Position numbers and translations under genes: made by a program
Source: Simkaniaceae bacterium
GTDB taxonomy: Bacteria; Chlamydiota; Chlamydiia; Chlamydiales; JAJFMI01
DNA length: 30,183 bases
Direction: 5' to 3'
Assembly: GCA_040880145.1 (NCBI GenBank)
Contig: JBBDIZ010000016.1
Coordinates: 1 to 30,183 of the forward strand
The notes under the pieces: generated by a model
What the model was told of the DNA's origin: nothing
Seen by the model: only the letters and a program-made list of their open reading frames with translations
The model's database searches: none
In this document: positions 9,035 through 18,245 of the stretch, one piece after another
Position numbering within the stretch: the first letter of the stretch is position 1
Layout of the letters: the number at the start of each line of letters is the position of its first letter

Positions 9035-9121
9035 ACATCTTGCATAACCCCAATTCCTTGCCCCTGCCCTTGCCCTTGCCCCTGCCCGAAAAGTTTGAAA
9101 AAGTTCTGGCACACAATACTA
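9032..9121 (-). repeat. Small dispersed element, copy B (90 bp): same terminus and (GGGCAR)5 tract, different opposite half (TAGTATTGTGTGCCAG...)
   Basis: 9032-9089 is the reverse complement of the TCGGGCAR...GGAATTGGGGTTATGCAAGATGTCTA block. The far boundary (ACTA at 9118-9121) is inferred from the shared TAGT end. Confidence 0.85.
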
Positions 9122-9312
9122 TTTTTTAATATAAAGATCTGTTTCTCAAATCTATTGGTCATCTATAACGATTTAAAATTTTGAGTGATAAATATCGTAA
9201 CAGAAGAAAAAGATTTGGATTGCGATTCAACCTGATCGCAGGGATTCAAAATTGGGAGTTAAAATAGGACAATAGCCGTTCCTTCTGTACAGAAACGAAT
9301 TCTTTTACCTAA

Positions 9313-9430
9313 TAGTGTCCATGCTAGTGAAAATGGCTCAAAAAAAAACACTAATCGGGCAAGGGCAAGGGCAAGGGCAAGGGCAGGGGCAGGGGCAGGG
9401 GCAGGGAATTGGGGTTATGCAAGATGTCTA
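9313..9430 (+). repeat. Small dispersed element, copy A2 (118 bp) with (GGGCAA)4(GGGCAG)4
   Basis: Direct repeat of 13-116 and inverted relative to 9032-9089. Its terminal CTA is the mfd stop codon. Confidence 0.92.
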
Positions 9431-12400
9431 TTTTTCAAAAAGCTGGAATTGTTTAGCCCAATCTTCAATAAATTTTTCCGGTGTTGAAGGGATTTTGTAG
9501 GGCAGACATTTCTCAAAAGCTTTTTTAGGGCCTTGCCACTTAATCGTTACAGAAATTTTTTCAAATCTCATTAAAAAGATTCCCTTTGCTTGAGCCATAA
9601 TGCGAAGTTTTGTGAGAGATAAAAGCCAGCTTGTCTCGATAGCAAAGCTTCCAAAACGATCTTTCAACTCTTTTGCAAGCTCATCAACCTCTTCCACATC
9701 TGCCATTTCACCGAGTCTGTGATAGATTTCAAGCCGTATCGATGTTTCTCTGATGTAATCTTCAGAGAGTCTCGCTGCAAGCTTAAATTCGATACGGGTA
9801 TCGACAAAATGTGTTTTTTCATTTTTCAAAATGGCGTGAATCGTACGCTTTAAAAGTTTGCAGTAGAGATGAAAGCCAATGGAGGAGACGTGGCCTGCTT
9901 GCTGGGTCCCTAAAATATCGCCCGCTCCTCGAATTTCAAGATCGCGTATGGCAAGTTTCATTCCGCCCCCGTAGCCGCTTGATTCGACTAAAGCTTGAAG
10001 ACGCTCTTTTGCATCTTGCTGGAGAATGCGCTTTTTGGGGACAAGAAAATAGGCATAAGCGGGGCGGTTCCAACGTCCAACGCGTCCACGAAGTTGATAG
10101 AGATCCGCCATTCCAAACGTATGGGCTCTATCGATTAGTATGGTATTGGCATTGGGGATGTCGATTCCATTTTCAACGATAGTTGTGGCAACAAGAATGT
10201 CGATATCGCCCGCTTTAAACTTATGGAATATTGAATCGATTTCACTTGCGGCCATCTGGCCATGAACGACTAGAATTTTAGCGCTTGGAAGTAAAGATTG
10301 GAGTTCATTTGCTTTTTCAAAAATCGTCTCCACACGATTGTGGATATAGTAGCCTTGGCCGTCACGGGCAAGTTCTCTTAAAAAAGCATTTTTTATTGTT
10401 TCATTGTGGTGCTCTGAGATAATCGTTTTGATGGGAAGGCGGTCTTGAGGAGGTGTCGTAATTGTGGAAAGAGAGCGAGCTCCAACAAGAGACATATAGA
10501 GTGTTCGGGGGATAGGGGTCGCTGAAAGAGTCAGGCAGTCAACACTCTCTTTGGCTTTTTTCAAGTGTTCTTTTACGCGGACGCCAAAGCGCTGCTCTTC
10601 ATCAATAATAATGAGTCCTAAGTTTTTGAAAATCACATCGGGGCTTACGAGTCGATGCGTGCCAATGACAATATCGACCCCTCCATTTTGGACGCCCTCT
10701 AATGTCTTCTTGATCTCTTTCGCTTTTACAAAGCGACTTAAGACAGCGACATTTATAGGAAAATCTTTCATACGGGTCTTAAAGTTTTCAAAATGCTGCA
10801 TGGCTAAAACCGTTGTTGGGACTAAAACCGCTACTTGTTTAGACCCATCGATAACGGCTTTAAAAGCTGCGCGCATGGCGACTTCTGTCTTGCCATATCC
10901 GACATCTCCGCAGATCAGACGGTCCATAGCCTTCTCTGAGCGCAAGTCTTCCTTCACTTTAAAAATCGCATTGCTTTGATCAAGGGTCTCTTGAAAAGGA
11001 AAGTCTTCTTCAAAAAGAGCGAGCTCATCGCTGTCCGGCCCATGAGAAAATCCTCCCTTAGATTCGCGCCTTGCTTGAAGAGCGAGCATCTCTTTTGCAT
11101 AACCGACGATCGCTTTTTCGGATTTTTGCTTTTGCAATTGCCACTTGTTTGTACCGAGCACATGCAAAGAAGGCGTCGTTTCATTTGAGCCAATGTAGCG
11201 GCTGATCAGGTGGGATTGTGAAAGGGGGACATAGAGCTTTGAGCATTTCGCGTACTCTAAAATCATAAATTCTTCTTCAATGCCTAAGTGGTTTTTCTGC
11301 TTTTCAATTCCGCAGAATTTGCCGATTCCATTATGAAGATGGACGATGGGATCACCCACTTTGAGTTGATGAAATTCTGCTTGGGGAAGAGCGTATGAGG
11401 AGCGCATTTTGGGCCGAATAAGAGTTTTTCGTCCTAAAATCTCTGAAGCGGGGAGGAGTGTTTTTTTTAATTTGTGGTCGATATAACCACTTGAAAGGTG
11501 ACCTCTTTTAAATTGGGCTTTAATAGGAAATCGATCACGCGCTGCTTTTTCCTCTAATCGGCTGGTTGTTATGATTGTTGTTTGGTACTGTGGCGGGATC
11601 TCTTCTAAATCAATAGGAGAGAAAAAGTGATGAAGACGTTTGGCCTTAATAGCTTGATTGAACATTTCAAAGCTGACCTCCTCTTTAGAGGGGGCATCGA
11701 TCCGATGATTTAGAAAAAAAAGACGTTTTTGACAATGAGAATAGAACGTATCAAAAGTGAGGAGGTCAGAAGGGCCTGGTCCATTTAACGACTTTAAAGC
11801 CACCATTTTATCTTCTATCGCCAAACAATCATCAAACACAACAAGAGGTGGAGAGGGAAAGTAAGAAAAGAGGGTTATTTTCTCCTTTTCGAGAAGAATT
11901 TTTTCAGATGCCGGGCAGATCTCGACCTCTTTTTCAATGGTAAGCGATTTTTGCGAGGCAGGGTCAAAGCTGCGGATTTGCTCAACCTCATCTCCAAAAA
12001 ATTCAATGCGGTAGGGATCAAAGGTATTTAGAGGGAAGATATCGAGAATATAACCTCTTAAGGCAAATTCTCCTTTATCTGAGACAACGCTGACGCGCTT
12101 ATACCCTAAATCCTGTAACTGTTTGGGGATTTCATCGAATAGCCATTCATCTTGAGTTCTAACATGAATCCAGAGGTTTTTTAAAATATTTAAAGGCGGT
12201 ACTTTCTGAAGAACGGCTTGTAGTGGAGCGACGAGAATGCTTTTTGAATTAAGCTTAGAAAGCGTTCGAAATCTAGCACCGATGAGGTCGGGAGAGGGCG
12301 CGATCTCTTCACTCGGCAAGGTCTCCCAGGAGGGCAGTTCCAAAATTCTAGAGGGAGCGAAATAGGTTAAATCTTCAAAAATTCTCGAACGCTCTTCGCT

Positions 12401-12517
12401 TCCTGCAATGATGAGGATGGGACCTGGATAGTCGTGTAAGAGAAACGCTTTTGGCGCATCCCAAAGCTCTTCCAAAAGAAGATTGTCTTGAGTCTTAAAA
12501 AGCGCTTCTAGCTGCAT
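9428..12517 (-). CDS. mfd: Transcription-repair coupling factor
   Basis: UvrB-homology N-terminus, CarD-like RID (VHLHNGIGKF), MDRLICGDVGYGKTEVA, DEEQRFGV, SATPIPRTL, QLRGRVGR, DLEIRGAG, TRCF C-domain. Confidence 0.97.
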   Translation of the reverse strand: MQLEALFKTQDNLLLEELWDAPKAFLLHDYPGPILIIAGSEERSRIFEDLTYFAPSRILELPSWETLPSEEIAPSPDLIGARFRTLSKLNSKSILVAPLQAVLQKVPPLNILKNLWIHVRTQDEWLFDEIPKQLQDLGYKRVSVVSDKGEFALRGYILDIFPLNTFDPYRIEFFGDEVEQIRSFDPASQKSLTIEKEVEICPASEKILLEKEKITLFSYFPSPPLVVFDDCLAIEDKMVALKSLNGPGPSDLLTFDTFYSHCQKRLFFLNHRIDAPSKEEVSFEMFNQAIKAKRLHHFFSPIDLEEIPPQYQTTIITTSRLEEKAARDRFPIKAQFKRGHLSSGYIDHKLKKTLLPASEILGRKTLIRPKMRSSYALPQAEFHQLKVGDPIVHLHNGIGKFCGIEKQKNHLGIEEEFMILEYAKCSKLYVPLSQSHLISRYIGSNETTPSLHVLGTNKWQLQKQKSEKAIVGYAKEMLALQARRESKGGFSHGPDSDELALFEEDFPFQETLDQSNAIFKVKEDLRSEKAMDRLICGDVGYGKTEVAMRAAFKAVIDGSKQVAVLVPTTVLAMQHFENFKTRMKDFPINVAVLSRFVKAKEIKKTLEGVQNGGVDIVIGTHRLVSPDVIFKNLGLIIIDEEQRFGVRVKEHLKKAKESVDCLTLSATPIPRTLYMSLVGARSLSTITTPPQDRLPIKTIISEHHNETIKNAFLRELARDGQGYYIHNRVETIFEKANELQSLLPSAKILVVHGQMAASEIDSIFHKFKAGDIDILVATTIVENGIDIPNANTILIDRAHTFGMADLYQLRGRVGRWNRPAYAYFLVPKKRILQQDAKERLQALVESSGYGGGMKLAIRDLEIRGAGDILGTQQAGHVSSIGFHLYCKLLKRTIHAILKNEKTHFVDTRIEFKLAARLSEDYIRETSIRLEIYHRLGEMADVEEVDELAKELKDRFGSFAIETSWLLSLTKLRIMAQAKGIFLMRFEKISVTIKWQGPKKAFEKCLPYKIPSTPEKFIEDWAKQFQLFEK

Positions 12518-15147
12518 TTCTCATCGAGGAGGCTTTTAAGCTTTTGAAAGGCATTTGGAATTCCGGAAGAATCTTTTCCGCCAGCTGATGCAGCCTCTTT
12601 TTTACCGCCGCCGCCGCCCTTAATACAAGGACTGATCTCACGAATCAGTTCATTCGCAAAAATCCCTTTTTCAACAAAATCGCTACTCACTCTTAGTAAG
12701 AGTTGGCAGCGTCCTTGAGTTTCGATGGCGAGCAAAATGACAGCTGACTTGAGCTTTTGCATTAAATCATTGGCAAGCGGACCTAAGTCATCAGCCTCGA
12801 CATCAACAAGAGCCGTTACAAGGGGAATGGAGGAGGCATTTTCAACCTTTTCCTCTAAATCGGAAACGAGATCTTTCAGCTGATTTTTGCGAAATTGAGT
12901 TTCGGAGACCTTAAGTCTTTTGTTATCGTCGATAAGAAGCTGCATGCGTGTCAAAAATTGATTGGATGGGCAGCCAAGGAGCTCGGATGCCTCAATCAAA
13001 CGATCTTCGATTTCATAAGCATGGGCTTCACTCAAAGGCCCGCATGATGCTTCAATCCGTCTTAACGAAGAACCAATGCTGCTCTCTTTTAAAATTCTAA
13101 AATAGCCCAAGCTGCCAAGAGATGAAACGTGCGTGCCTCCGCAGAGCTCATAGGAGAAATCCCCACATTGAACCACTCGAACAATTTTCCCATACTTTTC
13201 ACCAAACATCTGCTTGATTTCAGATTTTTTTTGAGCCTCTTCATAGGAAAGTTCATAGGTTTTAATTGCCAAATTCTCTCGAATTTTGTGGTTGACGATC
13301 AGTTCAATTTCCCGAATTTCATCTAATGTTAAAGCCTTATGATGGGAAAAATCGAAACGAAGCCTTTTGGCTTCAACGAAAGATCCTGCCTGTTTCACGT
13401 GGGGGCCTAGCACTCGCTCTAAAGCCCAGTTTAGAAGGTGGGTCCCAGTGTGATGAGCTGAAATGCGTAAGCGCCTTTGATGGTCGATCATTGCATTGAC
13501 AGGCTCTCCTAAAAGAAAGGTTCCTTTTTTCATGATCCCTTTGTGGGCAATCACATCAGGAAAAGGAGCGTCAACACTTGAGACAGAAAAAAGCGCTTTA
13601 TGGTGGGAAAGCTCTCCCTGATCAGAAATCTGTCCGCCTTTCTCGGCATAAAAGGGAGTGCGGTTTAAAATAATCAACCCCTCTTGCCCCTCTTCAAGTT
13701 TATCGACGAAAGCGTTTTCGTGAAAAAGTCCAATAATGGCCCCTTCAGAAAGTTCCTCATGATAGCCTGTAAAAGAAGAGGTTCCATGCTCATTCACAAA
13801 TTGGGCAAAAAGCTTTGGAGAATCCGTTTCATTTATAGTTTGCCGGCTTGATCGGGAAAGCTCTTTTGCTTTTTCTTCAAGTATTTCATAAGCATCGAGA
13901 TTGATCTTGAGATCATTATCTTTTGCGATTAAGAGGATCTCCTCTAATGGGAAGCCAAACGTATCTTTAAGTTTAAAGGCCTCCTCTCCTGAAATACAGC
14001 GATCTCGTTTTTTTTCTGCCTTCTCGATGACACTAGAAAGAATATTTCCCCCTCTTTTTAGCGTTTTGAAGAAATTTTCTTCCTCTAAGCTGATGATTTC
14101 AGCAGCGTGCGCTTCTATGCTTTTCAGCTCCGGATAAGCATTGCCCATCATTTGAGTCAAAGGAGGGAGGAGTTTAGCGAGAAAAGGACCATTTTGATGC
14201 AAACGCTTCCCATAGCGGATGGCGCGCCTTAAGATTTTTCTAAGAACATAACCGCGCATCTCATTACTTGGGGCAGCCCCATCGGCGATTGCAAAAAAAA
14301 GGGTGCGGATATGATCGGCAATCACATGAAAAGCAGGGGAAAGATGAGGATCTTTTGGATTATATTTTTGATTGGAAAAGCGCTCAATTTCAGAGATTAA
14401 CCCACTTAAAATATCCGTCTGAAACACGGAGTCAATCCCCATTTTAAAGGCGAGAACGCGCTCTAATCCGGCGCCTGTATCGATATTTTTTTGAGGTAAA
14501 GGGCTTATTTTTCCTTTTAAGTCGCAGGACTGCTCCATAAAAACGAGGTTCCAAAATTCGGGAAAACGCTCTCCCCCCTCATCCTCAAGAGGATTTTGCG
14601 CTTTTCCGTAGGCCTCTCCGCGATCAAACAAGAGCTCAGAGCAAGGGCCGCAAGGACCGACATCCCCCATCGACCAAAAGTTTTCTTTCTCATCCATGCG
14701 GACAATGCGGCTTTCATCGAGGTGTTCTCTCCAAAGTTCAAAGGCTTCATCATCCTCTCGAAATACAGAGACCCAAAGTTTTTCTTTTGGGAGTTCAAAA
14801 ACATTTAAAGTGACATCAATGGCGAATGCGATTGCTTCTTTTTTGAAATAATCACCGAAGGAAAAGTTCCCCAGCATTTCAAAAAAGGTCATATGACGAG
14901 AGGTGTGCCCGACGTTATCTAAATCATTATGCTTGCCCCCGACACGAATGCATTTTTGAGCGGAAACCGCTCTTGAATAATCCGGAATTTTCTTTCCGAG
15001 AAAAACATCCTTAAACTGATTCATGCCCGCATTGATGAACAAAAGAGTCGGGTCATCAGAGGGAATCACAGGAGAGGAGGGCACAAGAGTATGCCCACGC
15101 TCTTTAAAATATTGAAGAAATTTAAGGCGGATTTCATTTGATAACAT
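12508..15147 (-). CDS. alaS: Alanine--tRNA ligase
   Basis: DPTLLFINAGMNQFK, HMTFFEMLGNFSFGDYFK, IDTGAGLER, editing HHTGTH and ELCGGTH, C-terminal GGGGG. Confidence 0.98.
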   Translation of the reverse strand: MLSNEIRLKFLQYFKERGHTLVPSSPVIPSDDPTLLFINAGMNQFKDVFLGKKIPDYSRAVSAQKCIRVGGKHNDLDNVGHTSRHMTFFEMLGNFSFGDYFKKEAIAFAIDVTLNVFELPKEKLWVSVFREDDEAFELWREHLDESRIVRMDEKENFWSMGDVGPCGPCSELLFDRGEAYGKAQNPLEDEGGERFPEFWNLVFMEQSCDLKGKISPLPQKNIDTGAGLERVLAFKMGIDSVFQTDILSGLISEIERFSNQKYNPKDPHLSPAFHVIADHIRTLFFAIADGAAPSNEMRGYVLRKILRRAIRYGKRLHQNGPFLAKLLPPLTQMMGNAYPELKSIEAHAAEIISLEEENFFKTLKRGGNILSSVIEKAEKKRDRCISGEEAFKLKDTFGFPLEEILLIAKDNDLKINLDAYEILEEKAKELSRSSRQTINETDSPKLFAQFVNEHGTSSFTGYHEELSEGAIIGLFHENAFVDKLEEGQEGLIILNRTPFYAEKGGQISDQGELSHHKALFSVSSVDAPFPDVIAHKGIMKKGTFLLGEPVNAMIDHQRRLRISAHHTGTHLLNWALERVLGPHVKQAGSFVEAKRLRFDFSHHKALTLDEIREIELIVNHKIRENLAIKTYELSYEEAQKKSEIKQMFGEKYGKIVRVVQCGDFSYELCGGTHVSSLGSLGYFRILKESSIGSSLRRIEASCGPLSEAHAYEIEDRLIEASELLGCPSNQFLTRMQLLIDDNKRLKVSETQFRKNQLKDLVSDLEEKVENASSIPLVTALVDVEADDLGPLANDLMQKLKSAVILLAIETQGRCQLLLRVSSDFVEKGIFANELIREISPCIKGGGGGKKEAASAGGKDSSGIPNAFQKLKSLLDEKCS

Positions 15148-15177
15148 AAGAGCTTGTCTTTTAATTTTTTCTCATAG

Positions 15178-15206
15178 AATATAGTTCATCTAGAAAAGAT
15201 AAGCAA
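15178..15206 (-). promoter_or_regulatory. Putative sigma66 promoter TTGCTT-N17-TATATT for alaS-mfd
   Basis: Read on the minus strand in the 76-bp divergent alaS/tkt gap, about 30 nt upstream of the alaS ATG. Confidence 0.4.
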
Positions 15207-15223
15207 GTGGAGTCGAAAGAAAA

Positions 15224-17224
15224 ATGGATTCAGACCTAAAAAAAACATTAGAAAAAGTGGCCAATACGATTCGACAGCTCTCAATCGAAGCGGTGCAAAA
15301 AGCCAATTCAGGTCACCCTGGACTTCCTTTAGGATGCGCAGAACTTGGCGCTTATCTTTATGGACACCTGCTCAAGCACAACCCGAAAGATTCAAATTGG
15401 AAGGGAAGAGATCGGCTGATTCTGTCAGCAGGCCATGGGTCGATGTGGCTCTATTCATGCCTGCACCTTGCCGGATTCAACCTCTCTTTAGATGAGATCA
15501 AGCGATTTCGTCAGCTCCATTCGAAAACCCCAGGCCATCCCGAATATCACATTACTGACGGAGTAGAGTCGACAACAGGCCCTCTTGGCCAAGGTGTTGC
15601 GAATGCTGTCGGCCAGGCATTAGGCCTCAAAATACTTGGAAAAAAATTCAATACAGAGCGCTATAAGCTCTTTGGCAATAAGGTCTATACCTTAGCCGGA
15701 GATGGTTGTATGATGGAGGGGATCAACCACGAAGCATGCGCCTTTGCAGGCCACCTTCAGCTCGACAATTTTGTTTTAATTTTTGACTCAAATAAAATCA
15801 CCCTGGACGGCCCTTTAACTCAGTCCGGCTCCGAAGATACAGCCAAGCGTTTTGGCGCTTATGGCTTTGATGTTTTTGAAGTCGATGGCCATGACTTTGA
15901 CGCACTGGACGACACCTTTCAAAAGATTAAAAAAGAGCAAAAACGCCCCGTGCTTGTTTTGATGCATACTGTGATCGGGCGCGGCTCTCCGAATAAAGCG
16001 GGATCGCATCAAGTCCACGGCTCTCCATTAGGGGAAGAGGAGCTGAAGCTTACAAAAGAAAACTTAGGCCTTCCGGAAGAAGCCTTCTATATTCCTTCAG
16101 CAGTACAAACTTTTTTCGAGCAGAAACTGCAAAAAGATCAAAAGCTGCAAAAAGATTGGGAAGCTCTCTATGAGGGTTGGAAAGAGGAAAATCCTGACCT
16201 TGCGAATCAATTTGTAATCATGAGTGAGCGTCAAATTCCTAAAAAGCTCGAAAAAGAGCTCATGGATCTCGAAATGAAAGACTCTATAGCCGGACGCTCC
16301 GCCTCTAATAAAGTGATCCAAAAGCTAGCAGAGCACCTTCCCTTTCTTTACGGGGGTTCAGCTGATCTTTCAGGCTCAGACAAGACGATGATTGAAAATT
16401 TTCCCTTAATTGCTCCTAAAGACTTCAGCGGCCGCAACATTAAATTTGGTATCCGCGAGTTTGCAATGGCCGCGATCGCATCAGGACTTTACCAAACCGA
16501 TATGATTTATCCTTATGTCGGAACTTTTTTAACCTTCTCTGATTATATGAGAAATGCCATTCGTTTAGCGGCGCTATCTGGGTACAAAGTGATCTACCAA
16601 TTTACTCATGATTCCATCTTTTTGGGAGAAGATGGCCCGACACATCAATCTGTCGAGCACTTTGCTGCTCTTCGCACTATACCAAAACTTTGCGTCTTTC
16701 GCCCAGCGGACGACTATGAAGTTAAAGGAAGCTGGCTTGCGATGTTAAACTATCAAGGCCCCTCCTGCATCATCCTTTCAAGACAGAACCTTCCGGCTCT
16801 AGAAGAGGCGCGGGCCCACAGTTTTGAAGATGGAGTAAATAGAGGCGCCTATATCCTTAAAAAAGAGCGTGCTCAGCCCGACTTTACCCTCATGGCAACC
16901 GGGTCTGAAGTTTCTTTAGCTTTAGAAGTCGCCAATGCTCTAGAAAAAATGTCGAAAAACGTTCGGGTTGTCTCCATGCCATGCTGGGAGCTCTTTGAAA
17001 AGCAAGAGCCAAGCTATATCCACTCTGTCCTAGGTGGAGAGATTGGCAAACGCGTGAGCATTGAAGCCGGAGTCACCTTTGGCTGGCATAAATGGATTGG
17101 TCCTGAAGGGATTGCCATTGGAATGGAAGGCTTTGGAGAGTCTGCCCCGGCAGGCGATCTAGCACAGGAATTTGGCTTTAATGTTGAAGACATCATTAGC
17201 AGGCTTCTCTCCGGTCATGAATAG
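15224..17224 (+). CDS. tkt: Transketolase
   Basis: ANSGHPGLPLG, SAGHGSM, TTGPLGQG, GDGCMMEG ThDP motif, THDSIFLGEDGPTHQ. Confidence 0.98.
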   Translation: MDSDLKKTLEKVANTIRQLSIEAVQKANSGHPGLPLGCAELGAYLYGHLLKHNPKDSNWKGRDRLILSAGHGSMWLYSCLHLAGFNLSLDEIKRFRQLHSKTPGHPEYHITDGVESTTGPLGQGVANAVGQALGLKILGKKFNTERYKLFGNKVYTLAGDGCMMEGINHEACAFAGHLQLDNFVLIFDSNKITLDGPLTQSGSEDTAKRFGAYGFDVFEVDGHDFDALDDTFQKIKKEQKRPVLVLMHTVIGRGSPNKAGSHQVHGSPLGEEELKLTKENLGLPEEAFYIPSAVQTFFEQKLQKDQKLQKDWEALYEGWKEENPDLANQFVIMSERQIPKKLEKELMDLEMKDSIAGRSASNKVIQKLAEHLPFLYGGSADLSGSDKTMIENFPLIAPKDFSGRNIKFGIREFAMAAIASGLYQTDMIYPYVGTFLTFSDYMRNAIRLAALSGYKVIYQFTHDSIFLGEDGPTHQSVEHFAALRTIPKLCVFRPADDYEVKGSWLAMLNYQGPSCIILSRQNLPALEEARAHSFEDGVNRGAYILKKERAQPDFTLMATGSEVSLALEVANALEKMSKNVRVVSMPCWELFEKQEPSYIHSVLGGEIGKRVSIEAGVTFGWHKWIGPEGIAIGMEGFGESAPAGDLAQEFGFNVEDIISRLLSGHE

Positions 17225-18149
17225 ACGCCTTCTCGATGCCCTAGAAGGGAAAAATCAAGGACCGCCTCCAGTCTGGATGATGCGCCAAGCGGGGCGCGCC
17301 CTTCCCGAATACCGAAAAATCCGTGAAAAGCGCCCCCTCCACGACCTCTTTCACTCCCCCAAAGAGATCATCCAAATTACCCGTATGCCCGTCGATAGTC
17401 TCGGTGTCGATGCCGCCATCTTATTTTCTGACATCTTAATCCCTTTAGAAGCACTTGGATATACCCTGCGCTATGAAAGTGGTAAAACGCCCTCAGCGCA
17501 CAAAACGACCCCAAACCTCTTTGATATCAGCCAAGTGGACTATGTCTTTGAAGCGATTTCAAAAATGGACCTCGATGTTCCCCTAATCGGCTTTGCCGGA
17601 GGGCCCTATACAGTCGCTACTTACGTTGAAAAAGAGCCAAGCGATGCCCTTCTCGATCAAATCACTGAAATTACGATTGAGTACTTAAAAGCCCAAATAA
17701 AGGCAGGAGCGAATGTCTTACAGATTTTTGACTCCTGGGCATCCAAAGACTTTACAAGAGCCCACCCAAGATTAAAAAAAATATTTTACAGCCTTCAGGA
17801 TGAAGAAACCCCGCTCATTATCTTTTGCCGAAATACTTCCGACCACCTTGAGGATTTAATCGCACTAAACCCTAGCGCTATTAGCTGTGATTGGAAGGAG
17901 CCGCTTCATCTAAGCCGCAAACGAATCCCCAAGAGAATTGCCTGTCAGGGAAATCTTGATCCTACTGCACTACTTAAGCCTCAAGAAGAGCTGCTTAGAG
18001 AGGTTGAAACCCTACTTTTCTCCATGAAAGAAGACCCTGCCTATATCTTCAATCTCGGACATGGCGTTTTGCCGGACACTCCCGTCTCTAATCTTCAGGC
18101 AGTTGTGCAGAAGGTGCAAGAGAGCCCAGCAATCGCAAAAGCCAAATAA
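17217..18149 (+). CDS. hemE: Uroporphyrinogen decarboxylase
   Basis: PPVWMMRQAGR, DAAILFSDIL, LIGFAGGPYT, QIFDSWA, QGNLDP, IFNLGHG. Start reassigned to ATG 17217, overlapping the tkt 3' end. Confidence 0.93.
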   Translation: MNRRLLDALEGKNQGPPPVWMMRQAGRALPEYRKIREKRPLHDLFHSPKEIIQITRMPVDSLGVDAAILFSDILIPLEALGYTLRYESGKTPSAHKTTPNLFDISQVDYVFEAISKMDLDVPLIGFAGGPYTVATYVEKEPSDALLDQITEITIEYLKAQIKAGANVLQIFDSWASKDFTRAHPRLKKIFYSLQDEETPLIIFCRNTSDHLEDLIALNPSAISCDWKEPLHLSRKRIPKRIACQGNLDPTALLKPQEELLREVETLLFSMKEDPAYIFNLGHGVLPDTPVSNLQAVVQKVQESPAIAKAK

Positions 18150-18180
18150 TCATTAATTCTTAACAAATATTTTAATTATC

Positions 18181-18209
18181 TTGTGAAATAATAGCATATT
18201 ATCTATAAT
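18181..18209 (+). promoter_or_regulatory. Putative sigma66 promoter TTGTGA-N17-TATAAT
   Basis: Near-consensus hexamers with an exact 17-bp spacer, 36 nt upstream of ATG 18246 (AAGG RBS). Confidence 0.6.
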
Positions 18210-18245
18210 TAACTTTAACTAGTCAAAATATACAATAAGGTAATT

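Noticed and set aside
9032..9430. CRISPR array or autonomous IS
   Set aside because: No regularly spaced direct repeats with unique spacers, no cas genes and no transposase ORF.
9315..9500. 61-aa ORF with GQGQGQ repeat
   Set aside because: Derived from the hexamer tract and runs antisense into mfd. The A-run difference between copies shifts the frame, arguing against coding constraint.
9357..12517. Functional link between the G4-type tract and the adjacent mfd gene
   Set aside because: The same element occurs next to unrelated genes, so the adjacency is most simply coincidental.
17172..17216. Longer TTG start for hemE
   Set aside because: Lies inside tkt; ATG 17217 gives a typical HemE N-terminus.
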